A DNA stretch of 64,000 nucleotides. Source: a cyanobacterium endosymbiont of Rhopalodia gibba. GTDB taxonomy: Bacteria; Cyanobacteriota; Cyanobacteriia; Cyanobacteriales; Microcystaceae. The stretch spans positions 704,001 to 768,000 of the forward strand of contig CP067995.1 of NCBI GenBank assembly GCA_045159875.1, written 5' to 3'. Numbering within the stretch: position 1 is the first letter of the stretch; every line of letters begins with the position of its first letter. Shown piece after piece: positions 1 through 11,219 of this stretch. The notes under the pieces are model-generated. The model saw only the letters and a list, made by a program, of their open reading frames with translations, had not been told where the DNA came from and made no database searches. A program made the position numbers and the translations under genes.

Positions 1-73
1 CTTGTTTAAAATAAATTAACTTGTTGACTTGAAGTGTTGGGAGAAACAATAGTAATTCCTTCTGATTCTTTCT

Positions 74-2212
74 ATGATGATGTCTCAATCTAACTCTCTT
101 GAACAGTCCTTAAAACACTTTTTTGGTTATGATAGTTTTCGTCTTGGACAAGCAGAGATTGTCGAAGAAGCCCTACAAAACCATGACTTATTAGTAATCA
201 TGCCGACAGGGGGGGGAAAATCCCTTTGTTTTCAACTGCCTGCCTTACTTAAACCTGGTCTAAGTGTGGTAATTTCCCCCTTAATTGCTCTAATGCAAGA
301 TCAAGTAGACACTCTATTAGATAATGGCATTGGGGCAACCTTTCTCAATAGTAGTCTTAGTTCTCAAGAAATACGGTCTCGTGAACAAGCAATTGTTCAG
401 GGAAAAATAAAACTGCTGTATGTCGCCCCAGAAAGATTATTAAATGAAAAATTTACCCCGTTTTTAGGTTTTATTTCTCAAAAAATCGGAATTTCTGCCT
501 TTGCGATTGATGAAGCTCATTGTGTGTCTGAATGGGGGCATGATTTTCGGACTGAATATCGACAACTAAAACAACTCCGTCAATGCTATCCTCAAGTTCC
601 TATGTTTGCTTTAACTGCAACAGCTACCAAGCGAGTACAAGAAGATATCATCAAGCAGTTAGGATTAAGACAGCCAAGAATTCATATTACTAGTTTTAAT
701 CGTCCTAACCTTTACTACGATGTAAAACTTAAAGAACGCAATAGTTATAATACATTACTATCTTATATTCGTGGACAAAAAGGGACAGGAATTGTCTATT
801 GTCTCAGTCGTCGTTCAGTGGATGAAATTGCCTGTTATTTACAAAACGATGGAATTAATGCTTTGCCCTATCATGCAGGAATGGATGATCAGACAAGACG
901 ATTAAATCAAAACCGTTTTATTCGAGATGATGTACAAGTTATAGTAGCAACAATTGCCTTTGGAATGGGCATTGATAAACCTGATGTTCGCTTCGTTATT
1001 CATTATGATTTACCTCGTAATTTAGAAGGTTATTATCAAGAGTCAGGACGGGCAGGAAGGGATGGAGAACCAGCAGAGTGTACCTTGTTTTTTAGTTTAT
1101 CTGACGTCAAAAGAATTGAATATATAATTAATCAAAAAACTTCTTCTCAAGAACGAAAAGTATCCTGTCAGCAGTTACGTCAAGTAGTAGATTATGCTGA
1201 AGGCGTTGACTGTCGTCGCACCATTGTCCTACAGTATTTTGGGGAAAGATTTTTAGGGAATTGTGGTAATTGTGACAATTGTCTTAACCCAAAACCTGTA
1301 GAAGACTGGACAATCGAAGCACAAAAATTTCTTTCTTGTGTTGTCCGTTGTGATGAAAAATTTGGCATGACTCATATTATTGATGTCTTACGGGGATCGA
1401 AAAAGCGCAAAATAGAACAATATGGTCATCATCTTCTGTCAACTTATAGTATTGGAAAAGACAAAAGTTTAGCTGAATGGAAGATGCTCGGACGGTCTTT
1501 AATTCATCAAGATCTATTAAATGAAACTAGCGATGGATTTTCAGTATTAAAACTTAATAAACGGAGTTGGGAAATATTAAAAAAACAGAGAAAAGTAAAG
1601 ATTTCAGTTAATCCAAAATCATCCTTAAAAATATTAATAGACAATAAATATGGAACGACTGAGATTGAGTTGCTCTTTGCTCGATTAAGAAACTTAAGAA
1701 AACAGTTAGCAGATAGTAATAATATAGCTCCATATGTTATTTTTGCTGATTTAAGTTTAAAATTAATGGCACAATTAAAACCCAAAAATTTACAAGAATT
1801 TTCTAAAATTTCTGGAGTAACTGACTTTAAAATCAATCAATATGGAGAGGATTTTTTGTCAGAAATTAGGTCGTTTGTTCGAGAACAAACTTCTCCAGAT
1901 ACTCTGCCCACTTCAAGTAATATGATTACTTTACAGTTATACCAACAGGGATTAAATACGGCGGAAATCGCTAAGATACGAGGGTTGAAAGAAAGTACCA
2001 TTTACTCTCACCTCTCGGAATTAATCGAAGTAAGACAACCAGTAGATATAAATAAATTGGTTCTTCCAGTTAGACAAGATATTATTATTCAAGCCATCAA
2101 GAAAATTGGGGACGGCACCCTAACTCCTATTAAAGAATATTTAGGAGATAATTACAGCTACAATGAGATTAAATTAGTTAGAGCTTGGTATCGAAGTGAA
2201 CAACAACCTTGA
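74..2212 (+). CDS. recQ: ATP-dependent DNA helicase RecQ
   Basis: Motifs MPTGGGKS, DEAHCVSEWGHDFR and QESGRAGRDG, a Zn-binding CGNCDNC, and RQC, HRDC and C-terminal HTH regions; intact 712 aa. Confidence 0.97.
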   Translation: MMMSQSNSLEQSLKHFFGYDSFRLGQAEIVEEALQNHDLLVIMPTGGGKSLCFQLPALLKPGLSVVISPLIALMQDQVDTLLDNGIGATFLNSSLSSQEIRSREQAIVQGKIKLLYVAPERLLNEKFTPFLGFISQKIGISAFAIDEAHCVSEWGHDFRTEYRQLKQLRQCYPQVPMFALTATATKRVQEDIIKQLGLRQPRIHITSFNRPNLYYDVKLKERNSYNTLLSYIRGQKGTGIVYCLSRRSVDEIACYLQNDGINALPYHAGMDDQTRRLNQNRFIRDDVQVIVATIAFGMGIDKPDVRFVIHYDLPRNLEGYYQESGRAGRDGEPAECTLFFSLSDVKRIEYIINQKTSSQERKVSCQQLRQVVDYAEGVDCRRTIVLQYFGERFLGNCGNCDNCLNPKPVEDWTIEAQKFLSCVVRCDEKFGMTHIIDVLRGSKKRKIEQYGHHLLSTYSIGKDKSLAEWKMLGRSLIHQDLLNETSDGFSVLKLNKRSWEILKKQRKVKISVNPKSSLKILIDNKYGTTEIELLFARLRNLRKQLADSNNIAPYVIFADLSLKLMAQLKPKNLQEFSKISGVTDFKINQYGEDFLSEIRSFVREQTSPDTLPTSSNMITLQLYQQGLNTAEIAKIRGLKESTIYSHLSELIEVRQPVDINKLVLPVRQDIIIQAIKKIGDGTLTPIKEYLGDNYSYNEIKLVRAWYRSEQQP

Positions 2213-2671
2213 TACTTTTATATAATTTTAGGAACCAACTATTTTCACTTGAATTATGTTATTCGATTGCCAGGTTTGATTCTGATAGAATATTTTTATC
2301 TAAAAAAATAGCAAAAAAATATGATATCTAGGTTCCAATTTTTTGAGTAGATTTTAGCATTTTGACCGTAAGAATTGATAAGTAATCCTATCTTCAGAAT
2401 ACTGACAAGGTATTCTTGTATCTTTATCTATAGAAGTTTTAAATTATTGTTTTTAGAATGGAGTTAAATCACAAAGTCAAGACGCAGGAGAAAATTTTTG
2501 TTCCTGTTTGGGTGTTTGAGTATTATAGTACTTTAGCTTTACCCAGGCTGCATTAGAACAGGGATAGTTTCCAGTCGGTAATTTTAAAACTGTTGAAGAA
2601 ATAAAGAATTCACTGAGCTGTATTTGACGATTATAAATATTTAAGTAGTCAATATAATTCGTTTTTTTTAC

Positions 2672-2739
2672 TCTAACTTGGAGTAGGTCGGGCGATAATC
2701 ATCACAAAATGATTATTGCCCGACCTACTCCAAATTAGA
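2672..2739. repeat. GC-rich inverted repeat, GTAG-type REP-like; candidate bidirectional terminator
   Basis: ttggagtaggtcgggcgataatcat-cacaaa-atgattattgcccgacctactccaa: 25-bp arms with one G/T mismatch, extendable by tctaa/ttaga; lies between convergent genes. Confidence 0.8.
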
Positions 2740-2819
2740 AGACTTCCATTACTTTTAAAACTTACTTCACAAATTACCTCTAAGAGAGATTAGAAGATAT
2801 TGTCTAACAACAATAATTT

Positions 2820-3423
2820 AAGTTAGGTTTAAGTTTATTTTTTTGTTCTTAATAATCCGTAAGATTATATCGATAAACTTTTCATGTTATTCATCAGAGA
2901 ACTAGAAAATTTTAAAGCTTTCATTATTGGGAGATAATTCATCGAATATACCTTTTAACTTTTAATAGGATATTGCCTTTTGATTATTAGAATCAGTAAC
3001 TGCCAATATCACCCCACCATCTTGAATATCAATAGGGAAATTGCCTACTAATACATTTTTAGACTGAGAAGAATTTGTTTTATTCTGTGACGTTTTTTCG
3101 GATTTTTTTTTCTTATTTTTTTCTGCTGAAAACTTAGAACTAGATTTTTTTTCTTGAGCATGAATATGATCATAAACCTTGATTAAGATCATCTTCTCGT
3201 CAACCGGTTCAAATTCAGTGGGTCGAGTGGATGATTTTTTTACTTTTGTTAACTTTTTAGCTGGATTAGCAGTTGGTTGATCAACCCCCTGTAGGGCTTT
3301 ATATCCAACTTTATAAGCAATATAAGCACTGGCTGTACTAACTCCAGACATAACTAACAAAAGTGGTATAGTCCATTTAATCGTAGAACCAACTGAGATT
3401 GTCATAATTAATAATTGAGTCAA
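2820..3423 (-). pseudogene. Conserved cyanobacterial membrane-anchored hypothetical protein, 3' part decayed
   Basis: ORF 2962..3423 has an N-terminal TM segment and stops early; downstream out-of-frame fragments GIFDELSPNNESFK and LTDY*EQK resemble the usual C-terminus (recalled). Confidence 0.55.
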
Positions 3424-3553
3424 TATATCAAAAAAACGAAAGAAAACCGTTAAACAACGCTGACCCTAGACCACTATACGAGTTACAATAGAGGTATACT
3501 CTAACAATGAGCAAGTCAACCAAGCAGTCGACTTCTTATAAATTAGGGGACAT

Positions 3554-3626
3554 CCAGGGTTGGCCGAGCGGTTGAGGCAGCAAACTCATAATTTGCCCCA
3601 GGCAGGTTCAACTCCTGCACCCTGGA
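3554..3626 (+). tRNA. tRNA with CAT anticodon, most likely tRNA-Ile2 (lysidine-modified) rather than Met
   Basis: CCAGGGT/ACCCTGG acceptor stem, anticodon loop CTCATAA, T-arm GGTTCAACTCC; 73 nt; the AACTCATAATT context resembles cyanobacterial/plastid trnI-CAU. Confidence 0.9.
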
Positions 3627-4162
3627 CTTAAACCCTTCCTCGTTTTTGAGAACTAATCGTAGTTTGTTGCATTGTGATGTCACTTTCAGCATAAAGATAG
3701 TTGGCTTATAGAATAGGTAAGAGAGGTTATATTGTACCGAAATATTAACAATATTGTGTAGATTCAAGGCAAAGGCCCCCGAGTGTGCCATTTTCTAGAT
3801 TAAAGCATCCCAGTACACAGTTTCGAAGATTTTATCGTTGTTAATTCTCGATTATATTCTTTAACTCCTGATAAAATTTAGTTAATAGAAGAAACATCCC
3901 GTAATTGTTTAATACTCTAGATTTGTTGTCAGGTTGTTTGGTAATCCTCAAATTAAACTTAAGCTCAGTCCAGAGGCTTTGACTTCATCAAAAGTATGGT
4001 TCAATCAAAAATTGGCCCATACTTTAGTTGTAAAGGATCTTGGCTAGGGCATGGCTTAATTTTAGCGAAAGTTCAAGCTATAGACTTAAATGTTTAGCTT
4101 TTAAGTCGCAACATTCGGCTCTAAAGACATCATTGTTGATAATTTTTCCTTAGGCTTTTGCT

Positions 4163-4768
4163 ATGCAATCTAATTCTATTAATACTTTTTGTGTTGGAAC
4201 AGCTGATTTATCTGTATTGCGTCAATATCTCTTAAGCTTATTCGTTAATCATGCCTATGCTGAAGGTGATTTTTTATTATCGTCCCAACAAAAAAGTGCC
4301 CACTATATCAATGGAAAACAAGTAACCCTGAGAGCTGAGGGAGCTGTGATAATTGGTCGATTGTTATTATCCATGTTACCTGAAGATACCCAGGGGGTAG
4401 CGGGTTTAACCTTGGGAGGCGATCCCATTGTTACTAGTGTTATTACAGTTTCTGCCTATGAAAACTGCCCTATTTCTGCTTTAATCGTCCGTAAAGAGGC
4501 TAAAGGACATGGGACACAAGCTTATATTGAGGGTCCAACCCTCGAAGAGGGAGCTAAGGTTGTGGTCTTAGAAGATGTGGTAACGACAGGTAAATCTGTT
4601 ATCTTAGCGGTGGAACGGTTACGAGCTGTGGGTTATAAAGTTGATAGAGTCATTGCTCTCGTAGATCGTGAACAAGGAGGGGCTGTTCATTGTCAATCCC
4701 AAGGACTGGAGTTTAAAGCTGTTTTTTCGATTACAGAACTTCAAAAAATTTATCGAGAAAAGTTCTAA
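4163..4768 (+). CDS. pyrE: Orotate phosphoribosyltransferase
   Basis: VRKEAKGHG flexible loop; PRPP-binding motif VVVLEDVVTTGKS. Confidence 0.95.
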   Translation: MQSNSINTFCVGTADLSVLRQYLLSLFVNHAYAEGDFLLSSQQKSAHYINGKQVTLRAEGAVIIGRLLLSMLPEDTQGVAGLTLGGDPIVTSVITVSAYENCPISALIVRKEAKGHGTQAYIEGPTLEEGAKVVVLEDVVTTGKSVILAVERLRAVGYKVDRVIALVDREQGGAVHCQSQGLEFKAVFSITELQKIYREKF

Positions 4769-4848
4769 TTGTAAATGGTCATATAGTTGTATAGTGCAAT
4801 ATCACGGTTAAGATAGAAACAAGGAAATACAAACCAAAGGAGCATAAA

Positions 4849-5286
4849 TTGTCCATGAGGATATTACACACCATGCTACGGGTTAATGACCTGAACGAAT
4901 CACTCAAGTTTTATTGCGATATTTTAGGAATGAAATTGCTACGCCAGAAAGATTATCCAGGCGGCAAGTTTACTCTAGCCTTTGTAGGATATGGAAATGA
5001 GTCTGAAAATACGGTTATCGAATTAACCTATAATTGGGACGTGGATTCCTACGAGCTCGGAAATGCCTACGGACATATTGCCCTAGGAGTTAATGATATC
5101 TATAAAACCTGCGAAAAAATCCGAGAACTTGGAGGGAATATTATCCGCAAACCAGGACCGATGAAACATGGTTCAACAGTCATTGCTTTTGTTGAAGATC
5201 CCACTGGTTATAAAATTGAGTTAATTCAATTAAGTTCCCACAGTTCAACCCAAAAAGAAACCTCACTAGGAAATGCTAACCCTTAA
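4849..5286 (+). CDS. gloA: Lactoylglutathione lyase (glyoxalase I); alternative ATG start at 4855
   Basis: [38 protein letters not shown]; upstream RBS aaggag. Confidence 0.95.
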   Translation: MSMRILHTMLRVNDLNESLKFYCDILGMKLLRQKDYPGGKFTLAFVGYGNESENTVIELTYNWDVDSYELGNAYGHIALGVNDIYKTCEKIRELGGNIIRKPGPMKHGSTVIAFVEDPTGYKIELIQLSSHSSTQKETSLGNANP

Positions 5287-5417
5287 TGACAATTGATAAA
5301 TCGTCTTAGTTTTTTTGCGTAAGGTGGGTTTTCACAACTAGATTTAATATCATTATTAATACAATTCCCACTATAAAAAACAAAGCTTTTAGTGTTTGTA
5401 AACAATTAAACACTTGA

Positions 5418-5726
5418 TCATTGATCACGTTGATAATCTTGAAGAAGGTCTATTAAAGTTGCCTGACATTGAGTCGATAACAAATCTATTAGAGAAACTT
5501 CGAGTTTTCCTCCTCCTAAAGAGATCTTGATATCACGAAGTATGGATAATACTTTCTCTTCGCTTAATTCGTAGTTTGCTATGAGAGGATAGACCTTTTC
5601 CGCCACCTTGGTATGGAGATGGGCTTCTGCAAGATAGAGATGCCATTTTGTGATCTCGATATAGACGCTTTCACCAATTTTGGCAGCGAGGGTTTCAATT
5701 GCTTGGGTAGTAGTGAAATTAGCCAT
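5418..5726 (-). CDS. DUF3181-family cyanobacterial protein (start reassigned to ATG at 5726)
   Basis: IETLAAKIGESVYIEITKWHLYLAEAHLH and ISLGGGK match the recalled family pattern. Confidence 0.8.
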   Translation of the reverse strand: MANFTTTQAIETLAAKIGESVYIEITKWHLYLAEAHLHTKVAEKVYPLIANYELSEEKVLSILRDIKISLGGGKLEVSLIDLLSTQCQATLIDLLQDYQRDQ

Positions 5727-5759
5727 AAGATTCTTTAGAATGATCAGCGACCACCCCAG

Positions 5760-5979
5760 TATTAAGTGAGATGACCTAACAACTAACAATATTATCGCTT
5801 AGACCTCGGTAAACCAAGTAATCCGAGTCTACCCAACTTATTGAACATTGTAAACAAACTAAACGTCAGAGTTAAATAGCGAGGAAAATTCCGACAAAAA
5901 CCGCATAATTTATTCGAGCATCGAGGCTACAGAACTCAGGAGCAGTTCGATCAGGGTTACGAGACTGGTAAGAAAGTAT
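5760..5979 (-). pseudogene. Small 2TM-domain membrane protein pseudogene
   Basis: Manual translation ILSYQSRNPDRTAPEFCSLDARINYAVFVGIFLAI/NSDV*FVYN...TWFTEV*AIILL resembles MPPRWPRKPDR..LDDRMNFAVHV..NSGLWF; ATG->ATA, one frameshift, several stops. Confidence 0.7.
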
Positions 5980-6195
5980 AAAAAATAATTCAGTAATTAG
6001 TCGATGATAACTATATTGACATTGAATTTTACCAATAGTCTTCTCTAAAACTTATCCTGGGGATAGTGTATCAAGCTTGATTCAAAATTTAAGCTTTTGA
6101 TATTTTTTTAGGATAAGTTCCTTGATTTTTATATCTCTTAGTGCAACCTCGATAGTACCAGTTTGAGGGTTAATTCAAAATTATAAACTTTTTTT

Positions 6196-6229
6196 AAATA
6201 ATCTTAATTTTATGAAATTAAGATTATTT
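6196..6229. repeat. Perfect inverted repeat, 15-bp arms
   Basis: aaataatcttaattt-tatg-aaattaagattattt. Confidence 0.85.
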
Positions 6230-7108
6230 TCTTCATAGCTCCTTTAGAGAATTCTATATGAATATTTTAAATGATAGGAGTTTTTTCATTTTCATTGAAT
6301 TTAATAAACAGGGATTTCATCCTATGCCTGATAATTCTTCACTTATACTAAGCCATTGCGAAAGCCGTCCGTTTTCTAAAAGCATCTGGTGATTACAAAA
6401 ATTATCTATACCACTATCACTCATTTTCAAATTTATTTAAACTCATTAAAACCATTTAATTTTGTTAAATTTTAAGTAAGGATTGTAATCTAGTTATTAT
6501 ACTCTCTATTAGCTCAGTTATTTTATTAAAATTACTAAATAATTAAGTCTTGAAGACTGTCAAGTCGATCAACTAAAATATTATGGTGATTACCAATTGA
6601 GTAGTTTCCAATAACAGCGTTGGGTCAACCAGCTAATTATGTCTTTATCAGTTACTCAATTTAGCGTTTTATTGATTGCCTAATTAAGGTTTATAAAATC
6701 ACTATATTTTTGAGGTTATAAATATAATTTAACTTTTTATTAAAAGTTATTAATAAAATTTAAATAAGAAAAATAAAGAAATATAATATTATTTATCCTC
6801 ATGTACATTTCATTAGAGATCTTACTTTTTTAGCTTGATCAACCGGTTAATTATCTATTACCATATAGACTTCTGGACACAATCATAGTATCAGCCCTTC
6901 TATTCCATTAGTGAGAAAAACTTTTTTATTTATTCATTATTTAAAAAGTTCTAAAAAGTTAAATGGAACAAGCATTCCAATTAACATGATATTTTTTCCT
7001 CAATTATTGGAACATGTTTTATAAGTCCGTTTTCCTATAACTACCCTGAAAAAGTTACGAATCATGGCCAGCCCAATTCTAGTTTCTTCAATGAAAACTA
7101 GGTCTGAA

Positions 7109-7146
7109 AGTTGAGGTTGTTCAAGTGTAGTTGAACAACCTCAACT
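7109..7146. repeat. Perfect inverted repeat, 16-bp arms
   Basis: agttgaggttgttcaa-gtgtag-ttgaacaacctcaact. Confidence 0.9.
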
Positions 7147-7199
7147 CAAAGTTTAAACCTCATCTGTGTAAGCTTCCGAGGCATAAAGTATTTTCTAGA

Positions 7200-7721
7200 G
7201 TTAATTTCAATTTTTAGACAAAACGACACACGGTAGAAATCTTAACTGTAATACTTACTTTCTTGTGTAAGCAAGTTCTTAGTTATTACAAAAGGATATC
7301 TTTACCCTATCAAAGTGATTATTCAACGATATTAAGTTATTCTTCTCCCTTTCTCGAACAGCTCGACGTTGACAATTTGTTAAATTTAGAATTTACCCCT
7401 TCCCTAGAGGAAACTCAGATTCTTATTGCCAAAAATTATAAAATCCGTCGTAACTTACTCATCAAATTTCAAAAAGATGATATCGATGAAACTTTAGTCT
7501 TAAACCCTAAGCTACAAGAAAAATTTTTGAATATGGTTGCTTTATTATGTCTTTCCAGGAACTATTTAACCCCTTTAAGATAAAAATTCCAGTAGCGAAC
7601 ATAAATCTTTTTGTCTCTCTTAGATGCGGTAGTACAATGGATAAAATGTAATTCATCTCGTAATTTATATAAACTTAAATAGGAAGTTTTACGCTGGTTA
7701 AACCCTGAACGAGTCTATTAA
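7200..7721 (+). pseudogene. DUF1350-family (alpha/beta-hydrolase-like) pseudogene, C-terminal remnant
   Basis: LEFTPSLEETQILIAKNYKIRRNLLIKFQKDDIDET..NYLTPL, then after stops LDAVVQW and *EVLRWLNP; N-terminal half missing. Confidence 0.8.
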
Positions 7722-7929
7722 TACTAGATTATAAATCTATCGTAAATTTTTATATTTTATGCCAAGTGGATAATCTTGATTATTTTTTATTAATTTTTTG
7801 TGGGCAAAAATAGCTTAGACATTAATCTTTGTAAGAGTCTGCTTCTAAAATAGAAAAGTATATTCCAAGACTGAATACTCCTTTTTTTAAAAAAAATTTT
7901 ACATTCACCAGTCCGTTTCTTTTCTTGAA

Positions 7930-7979
7930 ATCAACTATTATTGATTCTATCTATATAGATAGAATCAATAATAGTTGAT
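7930..7979. repeat. Perfect 50-bp palindrome with no spacer
   Basis: atcaactattattgattctatctat|atagatagaatcaataatagttgat. Confidence 0.95.
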
Positions 7980-8225
7980 AAATATTTGAAAATGTGTTTA
8001 TATATCCGTTGAGTTTCAAGAGATTGAACTAGCTATTTATCGTCCCATTATGAGTATTTTATTAAACAGTAAATTTTGAAAAATAGGCGATTAGAATAAT
8101 AATATTATTTTCAACTATTTTTTTAAAAATTAAAATTTTTAAATTTTTAAATTTTTAAAAAAATACTTAAAATTAACTATATCCTAATCTTATACTTTTA
8201 ATATTTTAATTTATGACCGCTACTC

Positions 8226-8260
8226 TTAAACATAATCTATCTCAGATAGATTATGTTTAA
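8226..8260. repeat. Perfect inverted repeat, 17-bp arms, 1-nt centre
   Basis: ttaaacataatctatct-c-agatagattatgtttaa. Confidence 0.9.
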
Positions 8261-8787
8261 AAAAGGATTTATCTAGATAATTTTATTAAATTTATTTGAT
8301 GAACAAGAAGTTATCTCATTCATCTATAAAGTAATTTTTTTATTAAAAGTTACTAAAATAGTGAATGTTATATGTAACTAGGTAAATAGGTCTAAGTAAA
8401 TGCCAGTAAAGTAAATTATTTTATATCTCTATATTCAGAGTTATCTGGATAACATATTTGACAAATATTTTTTTAAAAATTTTAATTAATTCTTATTTAT
8501 TTTTGAATATATTTCTAGTAGTTTTAGACTAAATTTAATCGTAAAAATACATTATTAATAATAGAAAAATAATCCAGATATAAACAATAAATATAAACTT
8601 TATTTAGTTCCGTATATTCGTTAAATAGAACCAAAAAATAAGCATCTAAAAAAATAATAATTATCTGGATTCAAGAAGATGGTATTTCTTTTAAAAAGAA
8701 TCTTATCGGCAGATTGTAAAAAATAGTTAATTTTAAAAAAGTCAAAAATATTAAAAATTTTTATTTTTAATAGAAAGGAGATAACCA

Positions 8788-8840
8788 ATCTTTGTCAACT
8801 GATAAACTAATTTAAAATTAGTTTATCAGTTGACAAAGAT
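8788..8840. repeat. Perfect inverted repeat, 26-bp arms, 1-nt centre
   Basis: atctttgtcaactgataaactaattt-a-aaattagtttatcagttgacaaagat. Confidence 0.95.
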
Positions 8841-9605
8841 GAACAGACATAGAAGACAAGATTACTTATAAAGGCTCAGAGAAGTAAAAGGATAAAAAAT
8901 ATATCGTTTTAAATCAAAAAAATAAGTAAATATTTACATTTAAAAGTAAAAAAATATATTTAAAATATACATATATTTTTTATAAACCTACAGTAGGATT
9001 GGAGTCAGTAAAAAAAAATGAGACTCAATCAGTTACTTTCCTTCTTGGAAGTCAATTTTAAAATTTATATTCATAAGATGATTTTACTTATTATTGTGAA
9101 GATATGATCTACTTATCCTATTTTTAACTTTGTAACTCGTTTTATGGAAATAATATGTTCGAGTCTTAAACTATAATTAGAACAAGATAATTTTAAAATT
9201 TTTTATATTACTCAAGAAATCAAGAAGTTTAAAAATAATATTGATATGGTGTTAGCCTCATTTAAGTTGTTAAAATAAACAATTTTAACAACAAGAATTA
9301 AAGCTGAAGATGATGGAAAATATTTATAAAAATTATTAAATTTATTTTTCTGATTTTTGCAGATAACAAACTAGTATAATATACAGAAATTATGGCTTTT
9401 CTAGACTATATCTAGTAAATCAGTAGCTAACAACTTCTAAGACTTTCATCATAATTATGAATGTGTTCTACAACTCCGAAAACCTGATTTTCATGGGAGT
9501 CAAGCTTTCGTCATTCCGGAAACCTTACAAAGGAATACTTTTAGCTTCTACTTATTAAGATTTTGTTACGCTTCGTCTAAAAAAGTCATAATTTTTTCCT
9601 TAATT

Positions 9606-10805
9606 TTACTCTTTCCAAAGCCCTATTTTTTTTAGCTTACCCCGTAATTCTTCAGCTTCTTTATAAGAATTTTGCTCCTCGTAAAGACTAACCGCTTTTT
9701 TAAAATTTTCTATACTTCTAAGTATTTGTTTTAACTTAAATAAAACCACCCCTAAATTTTGATAAGCAGCTGCATAATTTGGACTCAAAGACAATAACTT
9801 ATTGTAAATTAGTTCTGCATCAGCTAATTTACCCATAGCACTAAGGCTCATGGCAAAATTATAATATCCTGTAATAAAACTTGGATCTATTTGTATAGTT
9901 GTTTCATAAACTTTAGACGCACTTTTTAAGTTTCCCATAGCTTGTAAAACAACGCCTAAATTATTGTAAGCTCCTAATTTCAAGGGAGGCATTATTTTTT
10001 GATCCAGAGCTTTTTGATAATGTTTAACAGCCTTATTATTATCTTGTTGCCTTGTATAAGCATTACCTAAATGGTAATGTAGCTCAAATAAAACATGAGA
10101 ATTAGCCTTATTAGATTTTAATGCTCGCTTTAGTAATTTTATTCCTGCTCTTTCTTCGTTCATTTGTAAATAGAGTGCGCCGAGTTTACTACAAGCATAG
10201 GGATCATTGGGGTGGTCTTTGATAAAATTTTCCATTGCTTGTCGCGCCCTTTTATCTTTATCTAAGGAAACAATAGTTTTAGGATGATAACCATAATGAA
10301 ACACCGCTATTGCCGGAAGTTCCATAATTTTCCATTGAGATTCTCGTTTTAATAACTGAGTAACACTGTCATCAATAATGGCATGGTAAGGACGAGAAAA
10401 TTTAACTGCTGGATGCTTCCGAAATAACCGGGATACCAAAGAGTAAGGAGACTGAGACGCACCAATTTCATGACGAACTAAATTAATTACTAAATTATTT
10501 TTATCAGCGATTGCCTCTCTAACTTGAGAGGCAATTTTTCGGTTAAATACCTCGTCAGCATCTAGAACTAATACCCAATCCCCAGTAACATGACTAAGGG
10601 CTACATTGCGAGCAATAGCAAAATCATTACACCATGTAAAAAAAGAAACTTTTGCCCCAAATTTTTTAATAATTTCTACAGTTTTATCAGTTGATCCGGT
10701 ATCTATTACCACCATTTCGTCTACAATATCTTGAACGCTTTCTAGACATGTAGCTAAGGTTTTTTCTTCATCTTTGACTATCATGCAGAGACTGAGTTTT
10801 GTCAT
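9606..10805 (-). CDS. Family 2 glycosyltransferase with C-terminal TPR repeats
   Basis: LSLCMIVKDEE, DTGSTD, WVLVLDADE, HYGY, followed by TPR repeats (AYNNLG, AYQNLG). Confidence 0.92.
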   Translation of the reverse strand: MTKLSLCMIVKDEEKTLATCLESVQDIVDEMVVIDTGSTDKTVEIIKKFGAKVSFFTWCNDFAIARNVALSHVTGDWVLVLDADEVFNRKIASQVREAIADKNNLVINLVRHEIGASQSPYSLVSRLFRKHPAVKFSRPYHAIIDDSVTQLLKRESQWKIMELPAIAVFHYGYHPKTIVSLDKDKRARQAMENFIKDHPNDPYACSKLGALYLQMNEERAGIKLLKRALKSNKANSHVLFELHYHLGNAYTRQQDNNKAVKHYQKALDQKIMPPLKLGAYNNLGVVLQAMGNLKSASKVYETTIQIDPSFITGYYNFAMSLSAMGKLADAELIYNKLLSLSPNYAAAYQNLGVVLFKLKQILRSIENFKKAVSLYEEQNSYKEAEELRGKLKKIGLWKE

Positions 10806-11219
10806 GGTTTTTTCTTTTTTAACTATTTTTTACTAAGGAAACTGATTAATTTTATCTCTTCTATAAAAGACAATTTATTTATTACAAATTCAAGCACAAT
10901 TGACCGTTAGTCAATTACCATTTAGAGTAAATTTATCTAAGTCTAGCAAAATATTTATATGCTAAATTAAGGGATTTCCTCCGTTGTCATTTTTTAGTTA
11001 TTGGGTTATCGTACTTATCTTCAATTTTAATATAAAGAAGTATTAAGTGTAGAAAAAAAATGTTACGATATTTGCTTTAGTCTTACGTGTTAATATTTTC
11101 TGGATATATACCTTTCTTTCTCCTTTCTCCTTACCGTAATTAAGATCTTCTTATATCTCCCATATTTCTAGATTATTTTCAGTTTATCCCCCAAGAGGAA
11201 ATATTGGGTTAGTAGAAGT

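Noticed and set aside
1507..1836. Antisense or nested ORFs within real genes (also 14719, 23158, 23511, 25870, 29902, 31639, 46599, 51850-53703, 54899, 55375, 60609, 60706)
   Set aside because: Shadow ORFs of well-supported CDS, with no independent motifs
3543..3791. 82-aa minus-strand ORF
   Set aside because: Overlaps the tRNA(CAT) on the opposite strand; no protein features
7930..8840. Palindromes as a MITE/REP family or as CRISPR repeats
   Set aside because: The arms share no sequence with one another, with no regular spacing and no target-site duplications seen
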